DNA of 64,000 nt. Origin: Nitrosopumilus sp. (lineage in GTDB: Archaea > Thermoproteota > Nitrososphaeria > Nitrososphaerales > Nitrosopumilaceae). The notes beneath the pieces were generated by a model. The model ran no database searches, was not told the DNA's origin, and was given only the letters and a program-made list of their open reading frames with translations. Both the position numbers and the translations under genes were made by a program. Within the stretch, counting starts at the first letter, position 1, and every line of letters starts with the position of its first letter. Positions 31,593-43,222 of this stretch are shown here, piece by piece. The stretch spans positions 96,001-160,000 of the forward strand of contig OZ245040.1 in assembly GCA_965224195.1 (NCBI GenBank), in the 5' to 3' direction.

Positions 31593-32735
31593 ATGTCAGA
31601 AAACAATTCAATTAAACCACATGGTGGAATACTAGTTAACAGAATTACCAAAGTTGATCCTACAGGATTATTTTCAATTTCAATTAGTGAAGATGTTGCA
31701 AATGATGTTGAAAATATTGCAGATGGAATTTTTAGTCCTCTAGAAGGATTTTTGGGACAACAAGACTTTGAAAGTGTTGTATCACATGGAAGACTAACTA
31801 ATGATTTAGCTTGGACTATTCCTATTGTACTTGATGTCGATGAAGAAACTGCAACCAAAATGAAAGAAGCAAAAGATGTTTTGTTAAAAAATCCAGATGG
31901 CATTGGAGTTGCAGTATTACATGTTGAGGAAACATACTTTTTTGATAAAGAAAAAACAGCCCAAGGAGTCTATGGAACTAATGATTCAGCACATCCAGGT
32001 GTTGCATATACAATGTCAATGAAAGATTTCTTGGTTAGTGGAAAAATTGATTATATCCAAAGACCAAATGATACAGAAATTAGAAAAAATCGATTGACCC
32101 CAATTCAAACACGTGAAGCCTTTACACAAGCAGGATGGAAAACTATTTGTGCATTTCAAACTAGAAATCCACCCCATGTAGCACATGAAATGTTACAAAA
32201 AACATCAATTACAACTCGTGATGGTGTGTTTGTAAATCCAGTAATTGGAAAGAAAAAATCTGGTGATTTTGTAGATGAAGTTATTGTAAAATGCTATGAA
32301 ACCATGATAAAATCATACTATCCTGAAAATAGATGCCAACTAGGAACATTACATACTCAAATGAAATATGCAGGTCCAAGAGAAGCAATACATCATGCAA
32401 TTATGAGACAAAACTATGGTTGTACTCATATCATAATTGGACGTGATCATGCAGGTGTTGGAAAGTTCTATGATCCAATGGCAGCACAAAAAATCTTTAA
32501 TGATTATCCAGAGTTAGAAATTTCTCCGGTATTTTTCCCACCATTCTTTTATTGTAGAAAATGTCTTACATACACTACTCCAAAGGCATGTCCACATGAC
32601 AATGACGTTAAAGAACAAATTAGTGGAACTGCATTAAGAGAAATGATTCAAAATGGTCAGGCACCATCAGAATTCATTCTAAGACCAGAAGTTGCAAAAG
32701 TAATTTTGGATCATCCAAAACCATTTGTTGATTAG
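31593..32735 (+). CDS. sat: Sulfate adenylyltransferase
   Basis: [25 protein letters not shown]. Confidence 0.96.
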   Translation: MSENNSIKPHGGILVNRITKVDPTGLFSISISEDVANDVENIADGIFSPLEGFLGQQDFESVVSHGRLTNDLAWTIPIVLDVDEETATKMKEAKDVLLKNPDGIGVAVLHVEETYFFDKEKTAQGVYGTNDSAHPGVAYTMSMKDFLVSGKIDYIQRPNDTEIRKNRLTPIQTREAFTQAGWKTICAFQTRNPPHVAHEMLQKTSITTRDGVFVNPVIGKKKSGDFVDEVIVKCYETMIKSYYPENRCQLGTLHTQMKYAGPREAIHHAIMRQNYGCTHIIIGRDHAGVGKFYDPMAAQKIFNDYPELEISPVFFPPFFYCRKCLTYTTPKACPHDNDVKEQISGTALREMIQNGQAPSEFILRPEVAKVILDHPKPFVD

Positions 32736-32765
32736 ATTTTTATTCAATCAGATTTACTCTAGCTT

Positions 32766-33434
32766 GTGAAGTACCTCTTTACGATAATCTTACTTGCTGA
32801 AATTTCTGTATACCCTGTGTTTGCTCAGGAAACAACTAATCCATCATTAATCATTGATACATTAGAAATTCCTTCAGATGAATTTAACACAGTATTACGA
32901 GAATCACCAATGAGAGTTTTAGATGATGTTCATGCTGTTAGTTGGCAAGTAACAGTTGATAATAATCTAGTATATGCAAATCCAGAAGGAAATGCAGTTC
33001 TTAGACTTTATGATCAAGAGACGCATGATGAATTTATTGAAGTCGGAATGGGACCAGAACCTGACAATAAATTTTGGGTAGCTGTTCAAACTCCAAAAGA
33101 AGGATACATTGTAGTTCATAGTGATTTAGACAGAGGATGGTATCCACAAGCAAAATCTATCATATCTTATACTGATAGAGCAGGACTAACTGTAAATAAT
33201 GGGGCTAGAATTGTTGTTACAAATCTGGATATTGGTCAATTTGCTACTCACTCATATTCTGTTCATGGAATGGCAGGCTCTACGGATCCACCTGCAGTGA
33301 GTTCTGGTAGTATGATAATAGAATTTCTATCAGGTGATCCTGCAAAGAACATATTTGCATTATATCCATTTGTTATGGCGGCAGGTGTAGGAATTATAGT
33401 TGCAGTGTTATTTGTAACAAAAAAGCGATCGTAG
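32766..33434 (+). CDS. Secreted protein with C-terminal membrane anchor
   Basis: Signal peptide and C-terminal TM + KKRS. Confidence 0.75.
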   Translation: MKYLFTIILLAEISVYPVFAQETTNPSLIIDTLEIPSDEFNTVLRESPMRVLDDVHAVSWQVTVDNNLVYANPEGNAVLRLYDQETHDEFIEVGMGPEPDNKFWVAVQTPKEGYIVVHSDLDRGWYPQAKSIISYTDRAGLTVNNGARIVVTNLDIGQFATHSYSVHGMAGSTDPPAVSSGSMIIEFLSGDPAKNIFALYPFVMAAGVGIIVAVLFVTKKRS

Positions 33435-33572
33435 TAAATTTCAATTTAAGCATATATTTTAAAGTCAAAATCCTTCCTAATGTAATTAAATTTTAGTACA
33501 TACTAGATGTTTTTTTTACCACTTTTGGAACATTCCACGTATCGTTATAAGTATAAAAACTAGAATTTTTTT

Positions 33573-36500
33573 ATGAAAACAAATAGTGTAGGATTATTCT
33601 TAGTGGCACTATTGTTAATTAGTTCAATACTTTCTCCTTCTATACAACAAGCATTTGCGGTTCTAGATGTTATTCTAAATGGAACAACAGAGACAATTAC
33701 ATCAGATGAAACTCATGGAAATCTTACTATTGAAAATAGTGCTACATTAATTGTACAAAGTGGAACAACACTAAGTCTTACTGGAATTTTAACTATTGAA
33801 AATGGTGGTAAATTAATTGTTGAAAATGATGCTAATATTGAATTAGTTGGTAATGATAACCTTAATGGTATTGTTAATCAAATTGGTGGAGACATTGATC
33901 AGTTTGGTACCATTACAAACGAAAATCCACTAACATTAATTTTGGTTAATCAAGGAAGCTGGATTGTGTTTTGTGGTATTTTAGAACTAAATGGTTTACA
34001 ATGGACAGGAACCCCTGCAACTTTTGAATGTATTGAAGAAATTATTCTCCCAATTACTGAAGTTCCTGAAGGAACTACATATGTTGTTGATGATCAAGGA
34101 GGAAAAATTGTAGTAATTGAAAATAATCTTCTCGTCAAAGGACTTTTACTTAATTCTGGTTTTCTGTCAAATAGGGCACTAATCACACTTGATGATTCTA
34201 TAGGTAGTGGAACAATTGATCTTTCTGGAGGTGGCACACTTCAAAATGTTTGTGGAAATTTCCTTACTAGAGGACTTACTGGATCTGGTGATGTAATGGG
34301 TGCTAACAACATTGTTCTTACTTGTAATTCACCTACTGCAAACGATGATAATTATTCTGTGGACGAAGATAATATTTTATCAGAACCATCTAATGGAATT
34401 TTATTTAATGATGTTCAAGCTGTAAATGAAAACATTCCTGGTGATGATCCAACATTATTTGCGTTATTACTTTCTACTCCTTCAAATGGTGTTGCATCAG
34501 TAAATATTGATGGTAGTTTTACTTATTCTCCAAGTCCTGAATTTTTTGGAAATGATTTTTTCAGTTATTCAATAGTTGATGGAAATGGAGGAATAGACTC
34601 TGCAACAGTGTTTATCACAATTAATTCTGTTAATGATTCTCCAACTGCAAATGATGATGTTGATTCTACTGATGAAGATACTCCAGTAACAATTCCTGTA
34701 CTAGACAATGATAGTGATCTTGAAAATGATCCACTTACAGTAACTGATTCTACTGATGGCTCTAATGGTTCTACTACTACAGATGGAACCACTGTAACTT
34801 ACACACCAAATGCGGACTTTTTTGGTTCTGATTCTTTTACATATACAATGACTGATGATGATGGTTCAGATTCTGCAACGGTAACAATTAATGTTGCTAT
34901 GATAAATGATCCACCTAAAGTTTCAATTATTTCTCCTCTTAACAATGATGCATTCTTAGTTGGTGAATCCATTACATTTGTTGGAAGTGCATTGGATACT
35001 GAGGACGGAATTTTATCATCTAACTTGGATTGGTTTTCTAACCTAGATGGTGCATTAGGTACTGGTGAATCACTAACTTTGTTAAATCTCTCAGAAGGAA
35101 TTCATAACATTCAAACTACAACATCTGATTCAAACGGATCTAGTGATACTGATTTTATTTCTATAACTGTACAAGTTGATCTCTCTACCATGGAATTCTG
35201 TGATAACAAAACAATTCATGAACTTGAGAAATATGCAAACAAAGGAAAATACAACTTGATTAATAATAGAAATGGTCCAAGTACTACTTTAACTGGTACT
35301 GATAAAGCTGATCTTATCTTTGCTGGCGACTTTGGTGATATAATTGAAGGAAAAGGCGGCAATGATTGTATCATCAGAGTTTGCAAATGATGATCTTTCT
35401 GGTGGTAGTGGTAATGATGAAATCTTTGGATTAAGCGGAGATGATCTTATTTTCGGTAATGCTGGAAATGATTTCTTAGATGGTGGTAGTGATAATGATA
35501 CAATTGAATCTGGTAAAGGTAATAACAAAATTTTAGCTGGTAGTGGCGATGATGAAGTTCTTGCTGGTAAAGGTAATGACAAGATAGATGGTGGTGCAGG
35601 TGATGATTTGATTGAAGGAAAAGGCGGTAATGATGAGATTAGAGGAGGCACTGGTGATGATGAAATCTTAGGTGGTGCCGGTAATGACAAGATAGATGGT
35701 GGTCCTGAAGAGGATGTTATTGAAGGAAACGGTGGCAATGACCACATCAAAGGTGGTGCAGGTGAAGACGACTTGAAAGGAAACGGTGGTAATGACAGAA
35801 TTGAAGGCGGCGATGACAATGATGTAATTTCTGGTGGTAATGGCGATGATGAAATCTTTGGTGGTAGTACTTACACTAGATATGACAAACATGATGATGA
35901 TAACGATGATTACAAAGACAAGAAACATGACAAAGACAAGAAACATGACAAAGACAAGAAACATGACAAAGACAAGAAACATGACAAAGACAAGAAACAT
36001 GACAAAGACAAGAAACATGACGATGAAAACAATGGAGATGATACCATCTCTGGAGGTGCCGGTAATGACAAGATATCTGGTGGAAATGGTGATGATATAA
36101 TTTCTGGTAATGGTGATAATGATAAAATAGATGGTGATAACGGTAATGACATAATTAAAGGCGGTGGAAGAAATGATCACATCAAAGGTGGTAACGGTGA
36201 TGATGATCTAAAAGGTGGTAACGGTGATGATCATGTTGACGGTGATGACGGTAATGATGTAATTGCTGGCGGTAAAGGTAATGATAAACTACATGGTAAA
36301 AATGGCAATGATATAATCAAAGGTGGCGCAGATAATGATGATCTAAAAGGTGGTAACGGTGATGATGATCTAAAAGGTAATGCTGGTAATGATAAACTCA
36401 ATGGTGAAAAAGGTATTGACATGTTAAACGGTGGTTCTGGCGAAGACAAATGTCATCAAGATGATGATGACACTGAAAAATTGTGAAAATGGAGATGGAA

Positions 36501-37012
36501 ATCCTATACCCGACAACTTTGTATCAAATGGAAGCTTTGAAACACCTGTAATTACTAATGAAAATGGTTGGAATACCTTCCCAACAGGAACATCTGATTT
36601 ACACTGGACTGTCACTGCAGTATCTTCTGACTGTGCTGAAGAATTAGAAATTCAGCGTCAAATATTGGAGGGTCCTGATGAGGGCTTACAGCACGCAGAA
36701 CTTGATGCACATTGCTCAGTGAGTATATCCCAAACCATTGATACTGTTGCTGGAAAAAAATATGAATTAAGTTATGCATCAAAAGAAAGACCTAACACTT
36801 CTACTCAAACAAATGGATTATTAGTTAACTTGAATGGTGACGAAATTTCTGAAATTTCAAACATGTCCTCTGATTGGAAAACTAAAAAACATAAATTTAT
36901 TGTAATTGGTTTTACTACAATTGAATTTGTTGATATTGGAACATCAGATAGCTATGGTACATTCTTAGATGATGTCAAAGTTACATTGTATTCTGATAAA
37001 CACAACGACTAA
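33573..37012 (+). pseudogene. Large RTX-like surface protein (Ig/cadherin-like repeats, GGxGxD Ca-binding repeats, DUF642-like end) split by two frameshifts
   Basis: ORFs 33573-35390, 35344-36486 and 36431-37012 are collinear; breaks near 35378 and at the A5 run near 36476. Confidence 0.8.
35912..36019 (+). repeat. Perfect 18-bp tandem repeat x6 encoding (DKDKKH)n
   Basis: ACAAAGACAAGAAACATG x6. Confidence 0.95.
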
Positions 37013-37055
37013 GAGAATTTCTAAATAAAATCCTATAGTTAAAAACTAAATTATT

Positions 37056-37442
37056 CTAAAGAATTGTAATTTGTGCAGAAGCTTCAGTATCAATCAAAAC
37101 TTTCATTTCTGTTTCTAATGCATCAAATTCTTTTTTTGAAATTATTACAAGTGGTATATTTGCTAAAGCACATCCAGTAGCTACTGTAAGATCTGCTTTT
37201 TTACAAATCATTGCAAGTGGTGCTGTTTCATTTGATTTTATTGAATAGATTGTGTATGCACCAACACTACTTCCTACACCTGATGGAAAAATAAGAACTG
37301 TATCTTTCATTGATTTTTGATATAAATCATGATTTTTGTCACTAATAATTCCAGTTTTTTTATCAACTGTACCCAAAAAATTAATTGGGTTTTCAGATTT
37401 TAAAATAATTCCCTTCACTTTTCCTGAAACTAAAACTTTCAT
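37056..37442 (-). CDS. Aconitase X swivel subunit (DUF126; phosphomevalonate dehydratase small subunit)
   Basis: INFLGTVDKKTG, GVGSSVG. Confidence 0.88.
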   Translation of the reverse strand: MKVLVSGKVKGIILKSENPINFLGTVDKKTGIISDKNHDLYQKSMKDTVLIFPSGVGSSVGAYTIYSIKSNETAPLAMICKKADLTVATGCALANIPLVIISKKEFDALETEMKVLIDTEASAQITIL

Positions 37443-38593
37443 CTTGTCTCATCTTCAACTATTTGTAATAGAGGTTTTAGATTGACATCTACACCATTAG
37501 AATTTTTAAGATAAAATGCTCCCTTGATACTATTAGTTGTAACTGCATCAACACTATCTTTACCAATTAATGGGGACAAACATGTGCAGCAATCAGATAG
37601 AATTTCACATCCTGCACGTTCAAGTTCTGCAGTATATCCAATTTTTGTTGATTGTTCTTTTACTGTTCTGGGCATAAACACCATACATCTTTTTTGAAAA
37701 GAACGACCCTTTAGTTTAGCAGTAAGATCAGATATTTCATCTAGTCCTAATTGAGGACTACCAAGTGTAACGATATCCCCTTTTTCTGCAGTGTTTAATT
37801 CATCATGAATATTTTGCATTTCTTTTTCGTCGAAATCTATTTTTTCACAATCAGATTCACCTTCTCCAAAAATAAATTTAGCACAAGTTCCGGATGTTCC
37901 CATTCCACCACACATTGCTTTGGTTTGTCGTTTATCCATTTCTCCTATTCCTGAAATATTTACAGATGTATCACCAATTTTTCCTGCGAAAAATCCAAGC
38001 ATTCCATATGTCAATTCATTTGGATTATTGACTTTCATTCTAATTGTAATATTTGGGGAACCCTCTTTTCTTAATGAAGAATATGGACTTTTTCCAACAA
38101 TCGCACTAGCTAATGCGCTAAATGCACTTTCTTTGTTTGTCTTTAGATTATCAAATGAATTTGCATGAATTGCTGCGTTGCTTTCTGCAAATGCAACTTG
38201 AGTTCCATCTTTTGGAATATCAAATATTTCATAAGGAATACATGAAAATGAAGGAATAACACCCATTGTTTCATATGAATTTCTAATGGAAAGTTGTTTT
38301 GAGATAAAATTATCATCCAAGCCATAATTTTTTACATTATCTATATCGAATCCCATTGGATTCAAAGTAGTTTTTATTTTAACACGTGCATTTTTGCTTA
38401 TGGTGGATAGAAATTTTTCACCGGCATCACCAATTGTATTGTAATTTACTCCTGAAAGATGAGCCCATTCTATTGGAATTAGTTTTTCAGCATCAGTTGC
38501 CTCACCAGTTGCAACTAGAATCCTATAAGCTGTCTCTAAAACTTCCCCCTGTTCACCTTTTAATGCAGATTCTTCCTCTTTAGTTAATTCCAA
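37439..38593 (-). CDS. Aconitase X catalytic subunit (DUF521; phosphomevalonate dehydratase large subunit)
   Basis: AHLSGVNY, SCIPY, AESNA, DCCTC, TNSIKG. Confidence 0.9.
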   Translation of the reverse strand: MELTKEEESALKGEQGEVLETAYRILVATGEATDAEKLIPIEWAHLSGVNYNTIGDAGEKFLSTISKNARVKIKTTLNPMGFDIDNVKNYGLDDNFISKQLSIRNSYETMGVIPSFSCIPYEIFDIPKDGTQVAFAESNAAIHANSFDNLKTNKESAFSALASAIVGKSPYSSLRKEGSPNITIRMKVNNPNELTYGMLGFFAGKIGDTSVNISGIGEMDKRQTKAMCGGMGTSGTCAKFIFGEGESDCEKIDFDEKEMQNIHDELNTAEKGDIVTLGSPQLGLDEISDLTAKLKGRSFQKRCMVFMPRTVKEQSTKIGYTAELERAGCEILSDCCTCLSPLIGKDSVDAVTTNSIKGAFYLKNSNGVDVNLKPLLQIVEDETR

Positions 38594-38648
38594 CAGAATT
38601 CTTTTGTTATTACAGTTATAATACTTGTACGTAGTTTTTCAGTTGGAA

Positions 38649-39293
38649 ATGCAAAAAATACTTTCTGGAATGACAAAGACAATGAATGCAGTAAAGCCTC
38701 CAAGAATAACTGCATTAAGAGATCTTCACGATGCAGAAACTGGACCATTTAGTATTTTGATTGGAACCATATTATCTGCAAGAACTAAAGATGAAGCTAC
38801 AACAAAAGCTGTTAAAGAATTATTTTCAATATATAAAAATCCCAAGCAATTATCAAATGCGAAAGTAAAAGATATTGAAAAAATCATAAAATCTATTGGA
38901 TTTTACCATGTAAAATCTAAAAGAATAATTGAAGTAGCCAAAATTATAGATTCAAAATATCATGGAATCGTGCCTGATGACTTGGAAACTTTAGTTAAAC
39001 TTCCTGGAGTAGGTAGAAAAACCGCTAATTGTGTTCTAGTATACGCATTTGAAAAATCTGCAATTCCAGTTGATATTCATGTACACAGAATATCAAACAG
39101 ATTAGGTCTTGTTGAAACAAAAACTCCTGAGGAAACAGAACAAGAATTAATGAAAAAAATACCAAAAAAATTTTGGATTGATATTAATGATACATTTGTA
39201 ATGTATGGACAAAATATTTGTAAGCCTATTTCTCCAATGTGTGATGTTTGTAAAATAAAAAAAAATTGCAAATTCTATAAATCTAAAAACTAA
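38649..39293 (+). CDS. nth: Endonuclease III
   Basis: ILSART, LPGVGRKTAN, VDIHVHR, CKPISPMCDVC..C. Confidence 0.95.
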   Translation: MQKILSGMTKTMNAVKPPRITALRDLHDAETGPFSILIGTILSARTKDEATTKAVKELFSIYKNPKQLSNAKVKDIEKIIKSIGFYHVKSKRIIEVAKIIDSKYHGIVPDDLETLVKLPGVGRKTANCVLVYAFEKSAIPVDIHVHRISNRLGLVETKTPEETEQELMKKIPKKFWIDINDTFVMYGQNICKPISPMCDVCKIKKNCKFYKSKN

Positions 39294-39358
39294 ATTATCA
39301 TTTAATTTGTAAAAGAATAAATAAAAAACAAGTTAATTTATAAAAAAATAAAATTAAC

Positions 39359-40009
39359 TTATTGGATTGTAATGGTCCATTTGACAGCTAAACTGTCACC
39401 GGCAGATACGGCTACACCGCCACCAGTTAGGTCTTGGATTGCAAACATTTCTGATTGAGTTCCAATTACACCTGTGGCTACACATGAGCCATCACCTGGT
39501 TCAGTTGTATCTTTGATTAAAATGTCTCCATTAAAGATTCCTGATTGTGTTACTGTTGTAGCATTGTTTACATCAAACTTGAAAGTATCTGTTCCAACAT
39601 CAAGTTCAACTTGTGTACCAGATCCAACATTAGTAACTGTTACATCTGGAACAACTAACTTTCTTGCCATCTCACCAGCGTTTGAAGTGCTGGCACATGT
39701 AGCAGTTGTAGCTGTATCTAATTCTACATCAGTGGCAGCAGCAGCACCATTTCCAATTGCGATATATTGAAATGCTGCATCATTTCCACAATCACCATCG
39801 GTGGTTGTGTCAAATAATCTTGCACCAGCACAATCGGTTCCATCTTCTACAACTACGTTGTCAGTTTGGAGGTATGCTTTTACATTGCCATTACTGTCAT
39901 ATGCGGTATATTCAAAATGTCCAAACATGCCCATTGCCTCTTGTGTTTGAGGAACTGAAGCTAATGCCATTGGAGATGATGAAACACCAGATAGACTGTA
40001 TGTCGTCAT
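39359..40009 (-). CDS. Secreted thaumarchaeal beta-rich protein
   Basis: TDNVVV..FQYIAIGNG..GDSLAVKWTITI; signal-like segment extends upstream without an ATG. Confidence 0.7.
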   Translation of the reverse strand: MTTYSLSGVSSSPMALASVPQTQEAMGMFGHFEYTAYDSNGNVKAYLQTDNVVVEDGTDCAGARLFDTTTDGDCGNDAAFQYIAIGNGAAAATDVELDTATTATCASTSNAGEMARKLVVPDVTVTNVGSGTQVELDVGTDTFKFDVNNATTVTQSGIFNGDILIKDTTEPGDGSCVATGVIGTQSEMFAIQDLTGGGVAVSAGDSLAVKWTITIQ

Positions 40010-40135
40010 AGCTATTGCAAATAAACCTGCAAATAGTGCTATGCTTTTTGTTCTATTTATTATAGAGTATATTTTATTCTAGATTATAGGTATCATGGCA
40101 AAATATGACTAACTAATAGATCCATTTTGGCACTT

Positions 40136-40363
40136 TTATGAATTTTTGATTCCAATCTTTTCAGTAAATTCTACAGAGAATTCCTTACCTTCAGATTTTG
40201 GTTCTTCAATAACACTTTCTTCTACATTTGGTTCTTCAATAACACTTTCTTCTACATTTGGAATCTTCTCGGAATTTTCATTATTTTGTTCTGATGATAA
40301 TGAAAATCCAACTATCACAATAATGATTATGACTCCTATCCCTATTCCAATACCTTTCTTCAT
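40136..40363 (-). CDS. Small membrane-anchored protein with 30-bp duplication (PNVEESVIEE x2)
   Basis: MKKGIGIG TM start; internal repeat. Confidence 0.6.
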   Translation of the reverse strand: MKKGIGIGIGVIIIIVIVGFSLSSEQNNENSEKIPNVEESVIEEPNVEESVIEEPKSEGKEFSVEFTEKIGIKNS

Positions 40364-40398
40364 GATTTTTAATCGTTTTACTGACTGTTTTTGCAGTA

Positions 40399-41146
40399 TT
40401 GTTTTCAATAACATTATTTTATGGTGATGTTTATGCGTTATCAGAACCTATACTAATTTCAATTTCTCCTACAATGAAAGATATTGTTCTTGATGGTAAA
40501 TGGGCATTTTTTACAGAATGGAAACCTACTAGTTTAACATATGTGACAAATGATGACAAACAAATGATACTTAGAACTGCACACTGAAAACTATATCTAT
40601 ATTTTTGTAGATTCTGTTGACGATTCTACTTTAGATGTGGGATTTGATCAAACAATAATTTGTTTTGATGGTGAAAACAATAAAAGTGATATTCCTGATA
40701 AAAATGATTTTTGTTTTTCATCTATTTTGAGAGATGATCAAGGAATTATTTTTCAAGGTAATTCTACAAATGAAAGTTCAAAATATTTTCAAAAAATTTT
40801 AATTCCAGAAAATTTTACCGCAATAAGTAATGTATCTGATGAAAATGATCGTTATACAAAAATTCCACATCCTGGATTTGAATTTAAAATACCCACAGAT
40901 CTAATTCAACGTTCAGATAATTATGGATTTTTTTTATCAGTGTATGATTCTGACTCTAATATTTTTTTTACTTATCCAGAAATATATCAAGATAATATTA
41001 TGAATATTCCCTCACCTAAACTATGGGGTGATCTTATTTCACCAGACAAATCATTACCTGAATTACATTACCCAATCATGATTTTTGTTATAATGACTAT
41101 ATCGATAATAATATTTCAAAGAAAAATATCTGTAGTTAAATTTTAA
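40399..41146 (+). pseudogene. Secreted protein with PEF-CTERM-like anchor, frameshifted near 40585
   Basis: LRTAH then other frame ENYIYIFVD; C-terminal LPELHYP-TM-RK. Confidence 0.65.
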
Positions 41147-41266
41147 AAAATTTGAAATATTTTGGATTTAACTCTTTTTTAATAAATTTAGGTTAACATT
41201 ATTTGTTTGAGCATAAATTTTATTATAAATTAATATTCATTTAGTTCTGGATGGGTTAACATAGGC

Positions 41267-42421
41267 ATGGTTCATAAAAATCCCCAAATCTCAATTATTT
41301 TACCCACGTATAACGAGTCTCAAAATATCGTAAATATATTAAAATCAATTCAAGCAAATATTCCTAAAGGAATCTATACTGAGACAATTGTTGTTGATGA
41401 TAACTCTCCTGATGGAACTGGCAAAATTGTAGAAGATCATATCTGTAATCTTAAAAAAATTGCAGAAAATTCTATAAATATAATTCATAGAAAAGCAAAA
41501 AATGGACTTTCTTCTGCAATATTAAACGGAATACAAAATGCAAAGGGTGAAACCATTGTAGTTATGGATTCTGATCTTTCACATCCCCCACAAATAATCC
41601 CAAAAATGATTGAAACATTCAAACAATATCAATGTGATCTTGTTGTAGCATCAAGATACATTACTGATGGACATATTCATGGATGGACAACTAAACGAAA
41701 ACTGATGAGTAAAGTTGCAACCATTATTGCAAAGAAAGGATTAGGTGTTAAAATAAAAGATCCAATGTCTGGATTTTTTGCTTTTAAAAAAAATATCATT
41801 AAAGAATTAAACTTTGATGGATTAGGCTATAAAATTCTTTTAGAAATTATTGTTAAAACAAAAGGAGTTAAAATTAAAGAAATTCCTTATACTTTTGAAA
41901 ACAGACAATTTGGTTCAAGCAAATTAGATAGTTCAACAATAATTGATTATTTTAAATCTGTTTTTAAATTATACAAGTATGGAAAAATTTCTGAAAAACA
42001 AGAAGGAAGAACTTCTGTAAGATTTCTTTCTAAGGCTGCAAGATTCTTTACTGTTGGCGCATTTGGACTTGCAATTAATTATTTAGTTTCTTTACTATTT
42101 GTTGATGGAATTTCTAATTTATGGTATATTCATGCAACATCAATAGGAATTATAGCATCAATGACTACGAATTTTATTTTAAATAAAATTTGGACTTTTA
42201 GTGATAAAGATTTTGCATTAATTAAAACATTAAAACAATATGGAAAGTTTGTAGGTTTTAGTTCTCTTGGTGCGCTTTTACAGTTAGGAATAGTATTCTA
42301 TCTAGTTGACATTCAGAATATTTCTTATCCAATTTCTTTGGTTGGTGCAGTAGGGTTAGCTGCATTTGGAAATTTTATACTAAACAAAAAATGGATTTTT
42401 AAAGAAAAATTGTGGAATTAA
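41267..42421 (+). CDS. Dolichol-phosphate glycosyltransferase (GT2) with GtrA domain
   Basis: PTYNE, VDDNSPDGT, MDSDLSHPP, DPMSGFF; GtrA TMs. Confidence 0.92.
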   Translation: MVHKNPQISIILPTYNESQNIVNILKSIQANIPKGIYTETIVVDDNSPDGTGKIVEDHICNLKKIAENSINIIHRKAKNGLSSAILNGIQNAKGETIVVMDSDLSHPPQIIPKMIETFKQYQCDLVVASRYITDGHIHGWTTKRKLMSKVATIIAKKGLGVKIKDPMSGFFAFKKNIIKELNFDGLGYKILLEIIVKTKGVKIKEIPYTFENRQFGSSKLDSSTIIDYFKSVFKLYKYGKISEKQEGRTSVRFLSKAARFFTVGAFGLAINYLVSLLFVDGISNLWYIHATSIGIIASMTTNFILNKIWTFSDKDFALIKTLKQYGKFVGFSSLGALLQLGIVFYLVDIQNISYPISLVGAVGLAAFGNFILNKKWIFKEKLWN

Positions 42422-42468
42422 ATTTTTAAAAAATTAAAATAAAAAGAACTGACTTACGTCTTTCCTAA

Positions 42469-43119
42469 CTACTCAAAGGTAGAAGTAGAGGATTGTGACG
42501 AAAGTCCAGTTGAAGATGGTACAGATGGGAATTTATCTCCTATCTGTTGCTCAGCTACTGCAGATGCTTCTTGAAGAATCTTTTCGGTTTCTTCACTTGA
42601 AACATCAGACTCCATACTAAATGAGTCTCCTGCAAGTGAATCCATCATCAGTCCATTAAGTGTCTGGGTCATACTGTTCAATTCTGAATCAGCTTCTGGC
42701 ATGAATCTTCCTAGCGATGACTTCAATCCCTTCATTGTAGACATTGCTGGTCCAATTGCTACCATAGCATCACCAAGATCATGAATAGTTGTCAGTCTTA
42801 GTTGGACTTGTTCTAATGACATTCTTGCGTTGCCGAGCATCTTTGTAACTTTACGAATTTCAGCTAATTCGTTGGACAAAACTCTACTTGTGCTAGTATC
42901 ATGTTGTTGCATTGCAGTCACGACTCTTTGAAAGAGTTGCGCATCTCTTTCGTGCAGTTTACCTAACATAGAGTCCATTTTTGAGATTTGGACTTGTAGT
43001 TTGTTTACTGCTGTTTGAATACGTGGTTTTAATGCACCTTGAGGTTTTACTGCATCTCGTAGTTTGCCAGTTACGCTTTGGGTCTCTTGTCGAGCCCAAG
43101 TACTATCGAAGTTTGGCAT
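42469..43119 (-). CDS. ESCRT-III / CdvB paralogue (Snf7 family)
   Basis: NELAEIRK, LEQVQLRLTT, EKILQEASAVAE. Confidence 0.88.
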   Translation of the reverse strand: MPNFDSTWARQETQSVTGKLRDAVKPQGALKPRIQTAVNKLQVQISKMDSMLGKLHERDAQLFQRVVTAMQQHDTSTSRVLSNELAEIRKVTKMLGNARMSLEQVQLRLTTIHDLGDAMVAIGPAMSTMKGLKSSLGRFMPEADSELNSMTQTLNGLMMDSLAGDSFSMESDVSSEETEKILQEASAVAEQQIGDKFPSVPSSTGLSSQSSTSTFE

Positions 43120-43222
43120 GACATGGAATTTAGAAATTTAGTCTTAATCAACAGTGTAAATTTAGATCAGCTTTCGACTAAATTTAGCTAACAAACATTA
43201 GCTTTTATCTCTTGTATTATTT

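Noticed and set aside
35289-36449. Ser/Pro/Leu-rich minus-strand ORFs and the MTKTRN repeat ORF
   Set aside because: Shadow frames of the RTX and DKDKKH repeats
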